64,000 nt of DNA, from contig JAFGAZ010000020.1 in the NCBI GenBank assembly GCA_016933455.1, positions 119 through 64,118 on the forward strand. Reading direction: 5' to 3'. Below, one piece after another: positions 28,625 through 36,951 of the stretch. The notes beneath the pieces are model-generated. The model worked only from the letters and a program-made list of their open reading frames with translations, did no database searches and was not told the origin of the DNA. Made by a program: the position numbers and the translations under genes. Source of the stretch: Candidatus Aenigmatarchaeota archaeon. GTDB taxonomy: Archaea > Aenigmatarchaeota > Aenigmatarchaeia > Aenigmatarchaeales > Aenigmatarchaeaceae. The stretch's first letter is position 1. Every line of letters begins with the position of its first letter.

Positions 28625-30042
28625 TGACAAAAATTTTGCTAGTAGAGCCGCCGGCACCGAAAAAACATAAAAGTTTGAGAGTTCTTGGAAGCGTGGGTTC
28701 TTTGAAAGCCAACATGATTTGGCCGCCATACGATCACATGCTAATCGGGGGTCTTCTTAGAAAAAATGGCATTTATGATTTTGACATAATAGATGCTCAG
28801 AACCTAAACATCACTTATCCGCAGCTAAAAAACATGATAAGAAAGGCAAGGCCCGAGTTTGTTGTTTTCACAACAACCAACCACAGCCTTCCAAGCGACC
28901 TAAACACGGCAAAGGTTGCAAAGCAGGTTGACAAAAACATAAAGACTGCGGCAATCGGTCTTTCAATCCAGGCAATAAAGGACTTGGACAATGTAATGAA
29001 GAAAAACAAGGATTTGGATTTCATAGTATACAACGAGGCAGAGTACCCGGTGCTCAATTTGATAAAGAATAATTACAATCCCAAAGATGTTCTTGGCATA
29101 TACTACAGAAAGGGCGGAAAGATTGTAAAGAACAAACCGCAACCGCCAATAGACTATGATTCTTTGGGAATTCCGGCGCAAGACAAGATTCCTTTGGAAA
29201 TATACAAGGACCCGCTGATGGAAAGAAAGCCCTTCACTTTGGTTTGCAACTCCAGGGGCTGCGTGGGCTCGTGCATTCACTGCTCGTCTTTCCCGTTCCA
29301 AAGGCCCCTAAGGCACAGGTCGATAGACAATGTCATAGAGGAGCTAAGGCTGATAAAGAGGCTGGGCGTCAAGGAGATAAAGTTCTTTGACAACTGCTTC
29401 ACCGGCAATCCCAAGTGGACTGAAAAGTTCCTCAAAAGAATGATAGAAGAAGATTTCAATTTCACATGGCTATGCGATGTAAGGGCGGATTGCACGCCAA
29501 TGCATCTGTTAAAGCTCATGAAAAAGGCAGGATGCCACACAATAATGATGGGCGGGGATAGCGCAGACCAAAAGGTCTTAGACAGCATGCACAAGAGGCA
29601 GACAGTAAAGCAAGTAGAAGACGCAGTGAAGAGAATCAAGAGCCTTGGTTTCAAGCTCCTGCTTTATTTCGAATTCGGCTATCCAGCAGAAACAAAAGAG
29701 ACAATGGAAAAGACAATAGAGTTTGCCAAGAGAATGGATCCTGACATGGTAACCTTTGCAGTTGTTACGCCTGTTTACAAAACGCAGTTCTATGACTTTT
29801 TGGAAAAGAACAACTATCTTGACAAGAGCGCGAACATAGAAAAATACGACACAATAAAGCCCCCTGTTTACAACTATCCGCATCTATCAGCCGAAGAAAT
29901 ATACGCAGCATCAACAAAAGGCTATCGTGAATTCTACCTGAGGCCAAAGTTCATATTAAAGAGATTGAAAAATTCCCCGTCGCTAAAAGACGACATTGAG
30001 AATTTCAAGATGTTCATGAAGCAGTTCATCCTAAGAAACTAG
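28618..30042 (+). CDS. B12-binding-domain radical SAM protein, paralogue 5
   Basis: 474 aa, with ATG 28624 as an alternative start. (M)TKILLVEPPAPKK is followed by CNSRGCVGSCIHC. It overlaps the stop of paralogue 4 (TAATG). Confidence 0.8.
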   Translation: MVMTKILLVEPPAPKKHKSLRVLGSVGSLKANMIWPPYDHMLIGGLLRKNGIYDFDIIDAQNLNITYPQLKNMIRKARPEFVVFTTTNHSLPSDLNTAKVAKQVDKNIKTAAIGLSIQAIKDLDNVMKKNKDLDFIVYNEAEYPVLNLIKNNYNPKDVLGIYYRKGGKIVKNKPQPPIDYDSLGIPAQDKIPLEIYKDPLMERKPFTLVCNSRGCVGSCIHCSSFPFQRPLRHRSIDNVIEELRLIKRLGVKEIKFFDNCFTGNPKWTEKFLKRMIEEDFNFTWLCDVRADCTPMHLLKLMKKAGCHTIMMGGDSADQKVLDSMHKRQTVKQVEDAVKRIKSLGFKLLLYFEFGYPAETKETMEKTIEFAKRMDPDMVTFAVVTPVYKTQFYDFLEKNNYLDKSANIEKYDTIKPPVYNYPHLSAEEIYAASTKGYREFYLRPKFILKRLKNSPSLKDDIENFKMFMKQFILRN

Positions 30043-30953
30043 AATTTGGGTTCTCTTTTGTACTTTACATATATTTTTGTTCGCTTCTCGCTTTTCTTTC
30101 TATGAGCCGCTGCTATTGAAACAGTGTAAACCATTCCCCAATAGAAGAATGCGGCAATGTCTTTTAGGGAATACTTGTAGATGTTTGAGAGAAAATACAA
30201 AAACACTTTCGAATAGAACTTGCCGTATTTTATCTTTCTTCTTTTGGCAATTCTCATCAATGCAATCGTACTTCTTCTTTTTTGCAGAAACAGCCTGCTC
30301 GAATCTTTAGGTAAACCGATCGGATAGTACGGTATGTCAGGAAAAAGGAGCTTGTATCCCTGCTCTATTATCCTATACCCGAACTCTATGTCGTCTGCCA
30401 TTATTCTCGGGTTTATTTTCGGTATCAGTTTCTTCCTAAAGGAGTTGCATATCAAAGGCATGTCCCATTTGCCTTCTATTACAGGATGCTTCTGAGTGAA
30501 CCAGTCGTAGACAAGGCGCTGCACGAATATCTCGCCCCTGGATATCATGCTCTTTCTCTTCTCGGATTCCAAAGAGTCCCTTACCCTGAAAGATAGCCCG
30601 CCGACTTTCGGGTCCTCGTATAGCTTGGCGACCTGAAACAGAACCTTTGAGGGGTTTCCCAGCCTTATGTCGGCATCGTTCTTGACAATTATATCTCCTG
30701 TCGCCCTTTTTATCAGGTCATTTTCAGCAGCGCTTGTGCCCCTTCTTTTGGGGGAGAAATCAATTTTTATCCTCTTGTATTTCTTGGCATACTTTTTTGC
30801 AATCTCATGTGTCTTGTCTTCGTCAGTATCGATTCCGATTATTATCTCAAGATTTGGATATTTTATTTTCTTGACAAGATACTCCAAGGCATTGCCGATT
30901 GTTTCCTCTTCCTTGTATGCCGGAACTATGACAGAAATCTTGGGATATTTCAT
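30039..30953 (-). CDS. GT2 glycosyltransferase
   Basis: 304 aa with PKISVIVPAYKEEETIGNALEYL, IGIDTDEDKT and VKNDADI. Confidence 0.75.
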   Translation of the reverse strand: MKYPKISVIVPAYKEEETIGNALEYLVKKIKYPNLEIIIGIDTDEDKTHEIAKKYAKKYKRIKIDFSPKRRGTSAAENDLIKRATGDIIVKNDADIRLGNPSKVLFQVAKLYEDPKVGGLSFRVRDSLESEKRKSMISRGEIFVQRLVYDWFTQKHPVIEGKWDMPLICNSFRKKLIPKINPRIMADDIEFGYRIIEQGYKLLFPDIPYYPIGLPKDSSRLFLQKRRSTIALMRIAKRRKIKYGKFYSKVFLYFLSNIYKYSLKDIAAFFYWGMVYTVSIAAAHRKKSEKRTKIYVKYKREPKF

Positions 30954-30975
30954 AATATCTTATTGCAATTTTGTT

Positions 30976-31944
30976 TTAAAAAATCCAGTCACTGTCAAAG
31001 GAAAATTGCTTTGGGGCAAGAATAGGCATTTTGCTTGCAAGCCCGACACCCAGCCAGCGGGCAAATCTCGAGGTTCTAATCTTTGTGCCGAATTTTAGCT
31101 TCAAGGAAGAATTGTACTTGGAAAAATTCGGAAAACTTTTGACAAGCATATCACCCGCCTCAAGCCCCCATATGACGCCGCCCCCGCTCCAGGGCTTTGT
31201 AAGGCCGATCGCATCACCGCACAGGGCCACGTTTCCCTTTGCAGCATCAACAAGACCCCCAGGTATCACATAAGAATATGTCTTTTTTGGCTTTGTCCTG
31301 TTCTTCTTGCAGAAATCCTTGTACATCTTGCTTGCAACATCAGGCATTTCCATTACACCAAATTCCACGGTTCCCTTTCTGGGTATTTTCCAGCAAAAGC
31401 CGTTTTCAGTTGGATAAATGTCAACAGTTTTTGAATCACCCTTTCTTTTGACATAGCCATAAATCCCTAATCGGTGTTTTGGTTGCTCTATGCCAACGCC
31501 TTTTCTCACAACAGAAAAGAAGCCATCGCAGCCAATAAGTCTGTCAAACTCTATGACTTTCTTTCCCACCTTGACCTGCGGCTTCATGCCCTTGACATTG
31601 TATACCATGTCGACCTCGGTTCCAAGCTTTATTTCAGCGCCAGCCTTTTCAGCCAAAGACGCAACATACTGGTCGAGCTTTTTTCTGTCAAGAATAAGCA
31701 TGTCAGGCCTGAATTTCAAAACAACTTCCTTTTTAGGGAAATGCAGCTTGGCCTCGTTTATATCATTGATGATTAGATTTTCGTTCTTTGGGATGTGATT
31801 CCACAGTCTTTTGGAAACTATGCCAGAGCACACGTCCTTGCCAACAACTTTCTTTTTCTCAAACACAGTCACTTTGTGCCTTTTTGCAAGCCTATATGCC
31901 AAATAGGCCCCGTTTATGCCGCATCCAACTATGCCGATTCTCAT
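30976..31944 (-). CDS. geranylgeranyl reductase family FAD-dependent oxidoreductase
   Basis: The track ORF runs to 32151, which would overlap secF. I prefer the start MRIGIVGCGINGAYLAYRL at 31944 (a GxGxxG dinucleotide fold). Family blocks DVCSGIV, LIGCDGFFS and LCGDAIGLTKPWSGGG are present. Confidence 0.75.
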   Translation of the reverse strand: MRIGIVGCGINGAYLAYRLAKRHKVTVFEKKKVVGKDVCSGIVSKRLWNHIPKNENLIINDINEAKLHFPKKEVVLKFRPDMLILDRKKLDQYVASLAEKAGAEIKLGTEVDMVYNVKGMKPQVKVGKKVIEFDRLIGCDGFFSVVRKGVGIEQPKHRLGIYGYVKRKGDSKTVDIYPTENGFCWKIPRKGTVEFGVMEMPDVASKMYKDFCKKNRTKPKKTYSYVIPGGLVDAAKGNVALCGDAIGLTKPWSGGGVIWGLEAGDMLVKSFPNFSKYNSSLKLKFGTKIRTSRFARWLGVGLASKMPILAPKQFSFDSDWIF

Positions 31945-31988
31945 ATTATCAAAAGCCTTAAAATAGTTTACTGACGTAACTATTTGAT

Positions 31989-32810
31989 ATGAATTATAAA
32001 CTATTGATTGCCGTCCCTTTAATTGTTTTGGCACTGTCAACAACTTATCTTTTGTGGAAGATGAGCACCGAGGGGCTAAGCCTAGACATCGACCTGAAAG
32101 GTGGAACGCAGATAATTGTTGAATCGGATACGCCTCTAAACGAGCAGTCAATAGAAGAGGTTCTTGACGAATATGATGTCAATGTAAGAATAGCGTCAGG
32201 TCTTACAGGGCATTCCGCATTCATAGAATTCGATGCCGAGATAGATTCTAATGATGTTCTGGAAACATTGGAAGGCGCAGGATACGAGTTCGAGGACTAT
32301 TCTGTTCAGACAGTAGGACCAAGCCTTGGAGCAGCATCAATGAACCAGGCAATCATAGTTCTAATAATAGCTTTCGCCTTCATGGCAACAACCATTCTTT
32401 TCATATTCAAGATACCGATTGTCAGCTTGTACGTCACTTTGTGCCCTGCATTCGACATAATAGGAACTCTTGCAATTTCACAACTACTTGGAATAAAACT
32501 TTCATTGGCTGGTTTTGCAGCGCTTCTCATGATAATAGGTTACTCTGTTGACGACGACGTCATGATAACAACAAGGGTGCTAAAAGGTGAGGGCAGCATA
32601 GACGAGAAGGTTAGGGGAAGTTACAAGACAAGCTTTACAACAACGGCGGCAACTCTTGTTGCCTTGGCAGCTTTATACGCAATGTCTTTGTCATCTGTTA
32701 TAACCCAGATAGCATCTATTCTGCTCATAGGTCTTATACTAGACCTTCAAAACACATGGCTCTTTGCAACGCCGTTGCTTAGGTGGCATGTTGAGAGGAA
32801 ATCAAAATGA
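31989..32810 (+). CDS. secF: protein-export membrane protein SecF
   Basis: 273 aa. LSLDIDLKGGTQIIV is followed by the SecDF-type 6-TM C-terminal region. It overlaps secD by 4 nt. Confidence 0.8.
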   Translation: MNYKLLIAVPLIVLALSTTYLLWKMSTEGLSLDIDLKGGTQIIVESDTPLNEQSIEEVLDEYDVNVRIASGLTGHSAFIEFDAEIDSNDVLETLEGAGYEFEDYSVQTVGPSLGAASMNQAIIVLIIAFAFMATTILFIFKIPIVSLYVTLCPAFDIIGTLAISQLLGIKLSLAGFAALLMIIGYSVDDDVMITTRVLKGEGSIDEKVRGSYKTSFTTTAATLVALAALYAMSLSSVITQIASILLIGLILDLQNTWLFATPLLRWHVERKSK

Positions 32811-34483
32811 AATTCGACTTGTTAAAGAACTGGAGAATACTGATAATGATATTCGCAGTGCTACTTTCAATTCTTCTAATTGACCCGTTCCCCAAGTCAG
32901 GCGTCCTAATAACATCAGTTTCAAAGGAGTCGCCCTTCTACGGCACTGTTCAGGCAGGCGAGTACATAACATGGGCAAACGAAAGGGAGATTAGAACTCC
33001 TGATGATTTTTACATCTTCGAGGGCTTTGTCGGAAGCTTTAGGCTAATACACGACGGTGACCTTTCGATAGTCGGATTCGAACAAGGCGACGAGCTCGGC
33101 ATTGTTGTTGAAAAACCAGCGTCAACCAACCTTCAATTCGGCCTTGACCTTGTGGGAGGAACAAGAGTTCTGCTAAGACCGATGGAGAACGTGTCTAACG
33201 CCGAGATGCAGCAGATAGTCGGGACATTGGAGACAAGAATCAATGTCTTTGGTTTGAAAGAGGCAAAGTTCCAGACAATAAACGACGTTTCAGGGGAAAA
33301 GTACGTACAGATAGAAATGGCTGGAGGCTCAAAGGCAGAGGTCGAGAACCTTCTGGCAAAGCAGGGCAAGTTCGAGGGAAAGGTCCCAAGAAACATCATA
33401 TTTACCAATAACAGCGGCGAGCTTGAACTAGACACTATTCACACAATAAATCTTGTAGGAGATTCCATAAGGGTTGACGGGGAAACTTTGCAAGTAAACG
33501 ACACATCCGTGATGGACGGCGTCAACTACAAGGTTCTAAACATAACAGACGAGGGAGCTGTCTTGATGTTTACCATATTCACAGGAGCAGACATACAGTC
33601 AGTGTGCCTGCAGGACCAGCAGGGCATTTGCGTTTCAAGGGTTATCCAGCAAAGCGGCGGATGGGAGTTCAACTTCCAGGTTTTTGTAACAGAGGAGAGC
33701 GCTGAAAAGTTCGCCAAGATCACAAAGACCATGAAGGTTTTGACAAACACAGGTGGCAGCAGCTACCTAGAGAACAACATTTACCTTTTCCTAGATGACG
33801 GAATAATAACCGACCTTGGCATATCTTCCGATCTCAAGGGAAAGACTTTGACATCGCCTGCAATAACAGGCTTTAGGCCAACAAGAATAGAGGCATACGA
33901 AGAGCAGCTCATGCTAAAGAGCATCCTGCAGTCGGGTGCCTTGCCAGTAACTCTTGAAACAATCAAGATAGACGAGATATCTGCAAACCTTGGTAGCGAA
34001 TTCTTCAGGGAGGCGTTGGTTGCAGGCATTATAGCGGTCACAGCTGTTATGACTATTATTTTCATAAGATACAGGAATTTCAAGATAATGGGGCAGATGC
34101 TTGTATGGAGCGCATGCGAGCTGATAATTACTTTGGGCACAGCTGCTTTGTTCAAATGGACAATTGATCTTTCATCTATAGCAGGTCTTATCGCTGCAAT
34201 AGGAACGGGAACAAACGACCAGGTCATAATGATAGACGAGATTCTTACAGGCGGAGGCACCAAGGACAACTACACGGTGTCGCAGAGGATAAAGAGGTCG
34301 TTCTTCATAGTGTTTAGCGCAGCAGGAACAATAATAGCAGCAATGGTGCCCTTGATGTTCATAGGCATAGGCTCGATGAAGGGCTTTGCCATAATAACCA
34401 CCATGGGTGTTCTAATCGGTGTGTTCATAACAAGGCCCCCGTTCGCAACAGTGGCAGAGAAGATACTTGTCAAGGAAGAGTAA
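32807..34483 (+). CDS. secD: protein-export membrane protein SecD
   Basis: 558 aa with LQFGLDLVGGTRVLLRP, a large extracytoplasmic domain and a C-terminal 6-TM bundle. Confidence 0.8.
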   Translation: MKFDLLKNWRILIMIFAVLLSILLIDPFPKSGVLITSVSKESPFYGTVQAGEYITWANEREIRTPDDFYIFEGFVGSFRLIHDGDLSIVGFEQGDELGIVVEKPASTNLQFGLDLVGGTRVLLRPMENVSNAEMQQIVGTLETRINVFGLKEAKFQTINDVSGEKYVQIEMAGGSKAEVENLLAKQGKFEGKVPRNIIFTNNSGELELDTIHTINLVGDSIRVDGETLQVNDTSVMDGVNYKVLNITDEGAVLMFTIFTGADIQSVCLQDQQGICVSRVIQQSGGWEFNFQVFVTEESAEKFAKITKTMKVLTNTGGSSYLENNIYLFLDDGIITDLGISSDLKGKTLTSPAITGFRPTRIEAYEEQLMLKSILQSGALPVTLETIKIDEISANLGSEFFREALVAGIIAVTAVMTIIFIRYRNFKIMGQMLVWSACELIITLGTAALFKWTIDLSSIAGLIAAIGTGTNDQVIMIDEILTGGGTKDNYTVSQRIKRSFFIVFSAAGTIIAAMVPLMFIGIGSMKGFAIITTMGVLIGVFITRPPFATVAEKILVKEE

Positions 34484-34535
34484 CCACTTTAGGTAGTTAA
34501 CCTTGTTCTTTTCAATGTAGTTTGAATTCTCAATC

Positions 34536-35741
34536 ATGATTGACCTGCTTCTAGCCTTGGCACTGGGCATTGGCTTTGGGATTGTGGCAGGTCTTTTGCC
34601 AGGGCTTCATCCAAACAACACAATACCAATCATATTGGGACTTTCGTTTATCCTCGGCCCTCTGCCCACTGCGATAATTCTTGTAACGTCGGGTGTTTCA
34701 AATTCATTCATCAACTTCATACCGTCGATTCTTCTGGGCGCTCCTGAGGATTCCACTGCATTGGGAGTTCTGCCAGGCCACAGGCTCCTGATGAAAGGAA
34801 GGGGTTATGAGGCAATCAAGCTCTGCGTTATAGGGTGTCTTGGAGGCGTTGCGTTCTCTGTACTAACCCTTCCCATTTTCATTTTTGTTATACCAAAATT
34901 GTACGAAGCAATAAGGCAGCACGTTCACTGGCTGCTAATAGCTGTGATTGGATACATGTTGCTTTCAGAAAAGGGAAAGAACAAGCTGATATGCCTTGGT
35001 ATTTTTCTAATGTCAGGATTTCTTGGTCTTATAGTTCTAAACAATTATGCTGACAGCGCCTTGTTTCCTTTGCTAACAGGAATTTTTGGAATGCCTATGC
35101 TTTTGTTATCAATATTTGAAAAAACAAAATTGCCGGCTTCTTTTAGTTTCGAGGAGGAAAAGATAGAAAGAAAGACTTTGCTTTCATGCATAGGTGTTGG
35201 AAGCATAGGCGGTATCATAGCGGGTCTGCTTCCTGGGCTTGGCGCAACGCAGTCTACAATGCTAACGCAAAATGTGTTGGGAAGGCAAGACGAAAGCGGA
35301 AGGAACTTTCTGATATCAATAGGAGCTATAACCACTTGCGACATTGTTTATTCGATTCTGTCTTTGTGGCTTATAGGAAACCCGAGATCCGGAATAGCTG
35401 TGGGTGTTAGCCAGCTAATGGAAGTTGGCATGAAAGAGACCATGATGTTCATAGCAATGATAGTGATAACAGCAGGCATATCGACTATTCTAACTCTTAA
35501 GATGACTAGAATTTCATTAAGGTTCCTTGGAAAAATAGATTACCAGAAGCTTTGCTTGTACACGACAATATTTCTTTTCATTCTTACTTTCATTTTCTCG
35601 GGAATGGTGGGCATGCTGATATTTGCAGTGTCGATAGCAGTAGGGATGATACCAAATTTGCTGAACGTAAGAAGAACCTACGGCATGGGATGTCTGATAC
35701 TGCCATGCATGCTATTCTTCATGGGAATATCACTACTTTAG
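34536..35741 (+). CDS. TctA/DUF112-family membrane permease-like protein
   Basis: 401 aa and polytopic. The repeated motif G(I)(V/I)AGLLPGL(H/G) occurs at both ends of the protein, as in TctA-type proteins. Confidence 0.5.
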   Translation: MIDLLLALALGIGFGIVAGLLPGLHPNNTIPIILGLSFILGPLPTAIILVTSGVSNSFINFIPSILLGAPEDSTALGVLPGHRLLMKGRGYEAIKLCVIGCLGGVAFSVLTLPIFIFVIPKLYEAIRQHVHWLLIAVIGYMLLSEKGKNKLICLGIFLMSGFLGLIVLNNYADSALFPLLTGIFGMPMLLLSIFEKTKLPASFSFEEEKIERKTLLSCIGVGSIGGIIAGLLPGLGATQSTMLTQNVLGRQDESGRNFLISIGAITTCDIVYSILSLWLIGNPRSGIAVGVSQLMEVGMKETMMFIAMIVITAGISTILTLKMTRISLRFLGKIDYQKLCLYTTIFLFILTFIFSGMVGMLIFAVSIAVGMIPNLLNVRRTYGMGCLILPCMLFFMGISLL

Positions 35742-36317
35742 CATTATATCCCTTATTTCCTTTGTGAGTATCACAAGCTTCGTCTTGCCTCTGCTTTCAG
35801 TCTCTATAACACCCTTCATCTCAAGATTCTTTATTGCCCTGTGGGTCTTTAGCTTGTTCATGCCCTCTATTCGGCTTATCTCGGACTGCAAGACCTCGCC
35901 GTTCCTTTTGATCAGCCTTTCTAGAACCTTTCTTTCATTAAAGTTTAGCAGCTTTAGTACGGCGTCCTTGTTCATGGTTCCATTCATGTTCTTCGTCTTG
36001 ATGCTACTCTTTCCTGACATCTTGAGCATTAGCTTCATGTTCTTCTCAAGCTTTCTTTCTAGTCTCTGTGAGATGAAATAGTAAGAAACCGGTATTACTG
36101 CTATTAGCAAAAGAAGGGGCGATAGTCCTATTCTGTATTCAAAAGGTATTGGCATTCTGGGTCCCGGTCTCATGAAACCCTGCGTCTGATTCTGGCTGTT
36201 TGTTTGGAATGCGTCAACCAAGTTAAAGTAAAACACAATAATAAAACACAGTATAGAAATTATCGATATTATCAGTAGTATTTTTTTGTTTGTCATGTTG
36301 ATAATGACATTTGACAT
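35733..36317 (-). CDS. membrane-anchored winged-helix transcriptional regulator
   Basis: 194 aa. Two N-terminal TM segments are followed by a C-terminal wHTH (ERKVLERLIKRNGEVLQSEISRIEGMNKLKTHRAIKNLEMKGVIETESRGKTKLV). Confidence 0.65.
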   Translation of the reverse strand: MSNVIINMTNKKILLIISIISILCFIIVFYFNLVDAFQTNSQNQTQGFMRPGPRMPIPFEYRIGLSPLLLLIAVIPVSYYFISQRLERKLEKNMKLMLKMSGKSSIKTKNMNGTMNKDAVLKLLNFNERKVLERLIKRNGEVLQSEISRIEGMNKLKTHRAIKNLEMKGVIETESRGKTKLVILTKEIRDIMLK

Positions 36318-36336
36318 TTTATAAAGTTTCCAATCT

Positions 36337-36361
36337 ATGAAACCGTGAAAAACGGTTTCAT
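36337..36361. promoter_or_regulatory. perfect palindrome ATGAAACCG-N7-CGGTTTCAT (candidate operator)
   Basis: Read directly from the sequence. It lies in the 97-nt divergent region between the wHTH regulator (start 36317) and the secreted-protein gene (start 36415). Confidence 0.55.
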
Positions 36362-36377
36362 AAACCCTTTATATACG

Positions 36378-36395
36378 GTTTCATTCATATGAAAC
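36378..36395. promoter_or_regulatory. second palindrome GTTTCAT-N4-ATGAAAC sharing the same half-site
   Basis: Read directly from the sequence. CGGTTTCAT recurs 23 nt after the first copy. It sits just upstream of the GGAGGTGA Shine-Dalgarno-like element and ATG 36415. Confidence 0.5.
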
Positions 36396-36414
36396 TTCAT
36401 TCGGAGGTGAAAAT

Positions 36415-36888
36415 ATGAAAAAAGCAGCAATTATGACAGCAATTGTACTTGGTATGGTTGCAGTAAGCGGGACCGCCTTTGCTTTTAACGGCGGTTTCAA
36501 AACGGAAAACAACGAAGCAGTAAGAGATGCATTGAAAACGAACGACTACAATGCATGGAGATTGGCTATGGAAGAAACTCTGACAGAGGAAAATTTCAAC
36601 CAAATGGTTGAAATGAATCAGAACAGAGAAAGAATAAGGCTAAACATGGAAGATGCAAATCAAGCGTTGGAAAACGGGGACTATGATGCTTGGAAGGCTG
36701 CCATGGAGAACTGTGAAAGGCAAAGAACAGACATGTCAGAAGTGACCCAAGAGCAGTTTGCGATCATGATGCAGATTCGTGAGGCAAGGCAAAACAAAGA
36801 CTTTGACACTGCAGCAGAACTCGGCCAAGAACTAGGCTTCGACTTTGGATTTGGAATGGGAAGAATGGAAAGAAAAATGAGACCGTAG
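36415..36888 (+). CDS. secreted helical-repeat protein, function unknown
   Basis: 157 aa with a signal peptide (MKKAAIMTAIVLGMVAVSGTAFA). The repeated motif is NDYNAWRLAMEE / GDYDAWKAAMEN. A strong GGAGGTGA element lies 7 nt upstream. Confidence 0.65.
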   Translation: MKKAAIMTAIVLGMVAVSGTAFAFNGGFKTENNEAVRDALKTNDYNAWRLAMEETLTEENFNQMVEMNQNRERIRLNMEDANQALENGDYDAWKAAMENCERQRTDMSEVTQEQFAIMMQIREARQNKDFDTAAELGQELGFDFGFGMGRMERKMRP

Positions 36889-36900
36889 CATCTCCCTTTT

Positions 36901-36940
36901 GGGTTGGAAATTATTGGTCTCAACCCATTCTTTTATTTTA
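36901..36940. terminator. hairpin GGGTTG-N14-CAACCC followed by a T-rich tract, between convergent genes
   Basis: Read directly from the sequence. The stem arms are at 36901-36906 and 36921-36926, followed by ttcttttatttta. Confidence 0.35.
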
Positions 36941-36951
36941 TTAAAATTGGT

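Noticed and set aside
31945-32151. N-terminal extension of the geranylgeranyl-reductase ORF, with analogous extensions at 23532-23672 and 52278-52349
   Set aside because: The extensions overlap the neighbouring genes (secF start, SPASM gene end, nrdD end). They precede the conserved N-terminal motifs: MRIGIVGCG for the geranylgeranyl reductase, MKVLLVFP for radical SAM paralogue 3, and MIIKGLEK, the preferred start, for nrdG. Internal ATGs give tight operon spacing.
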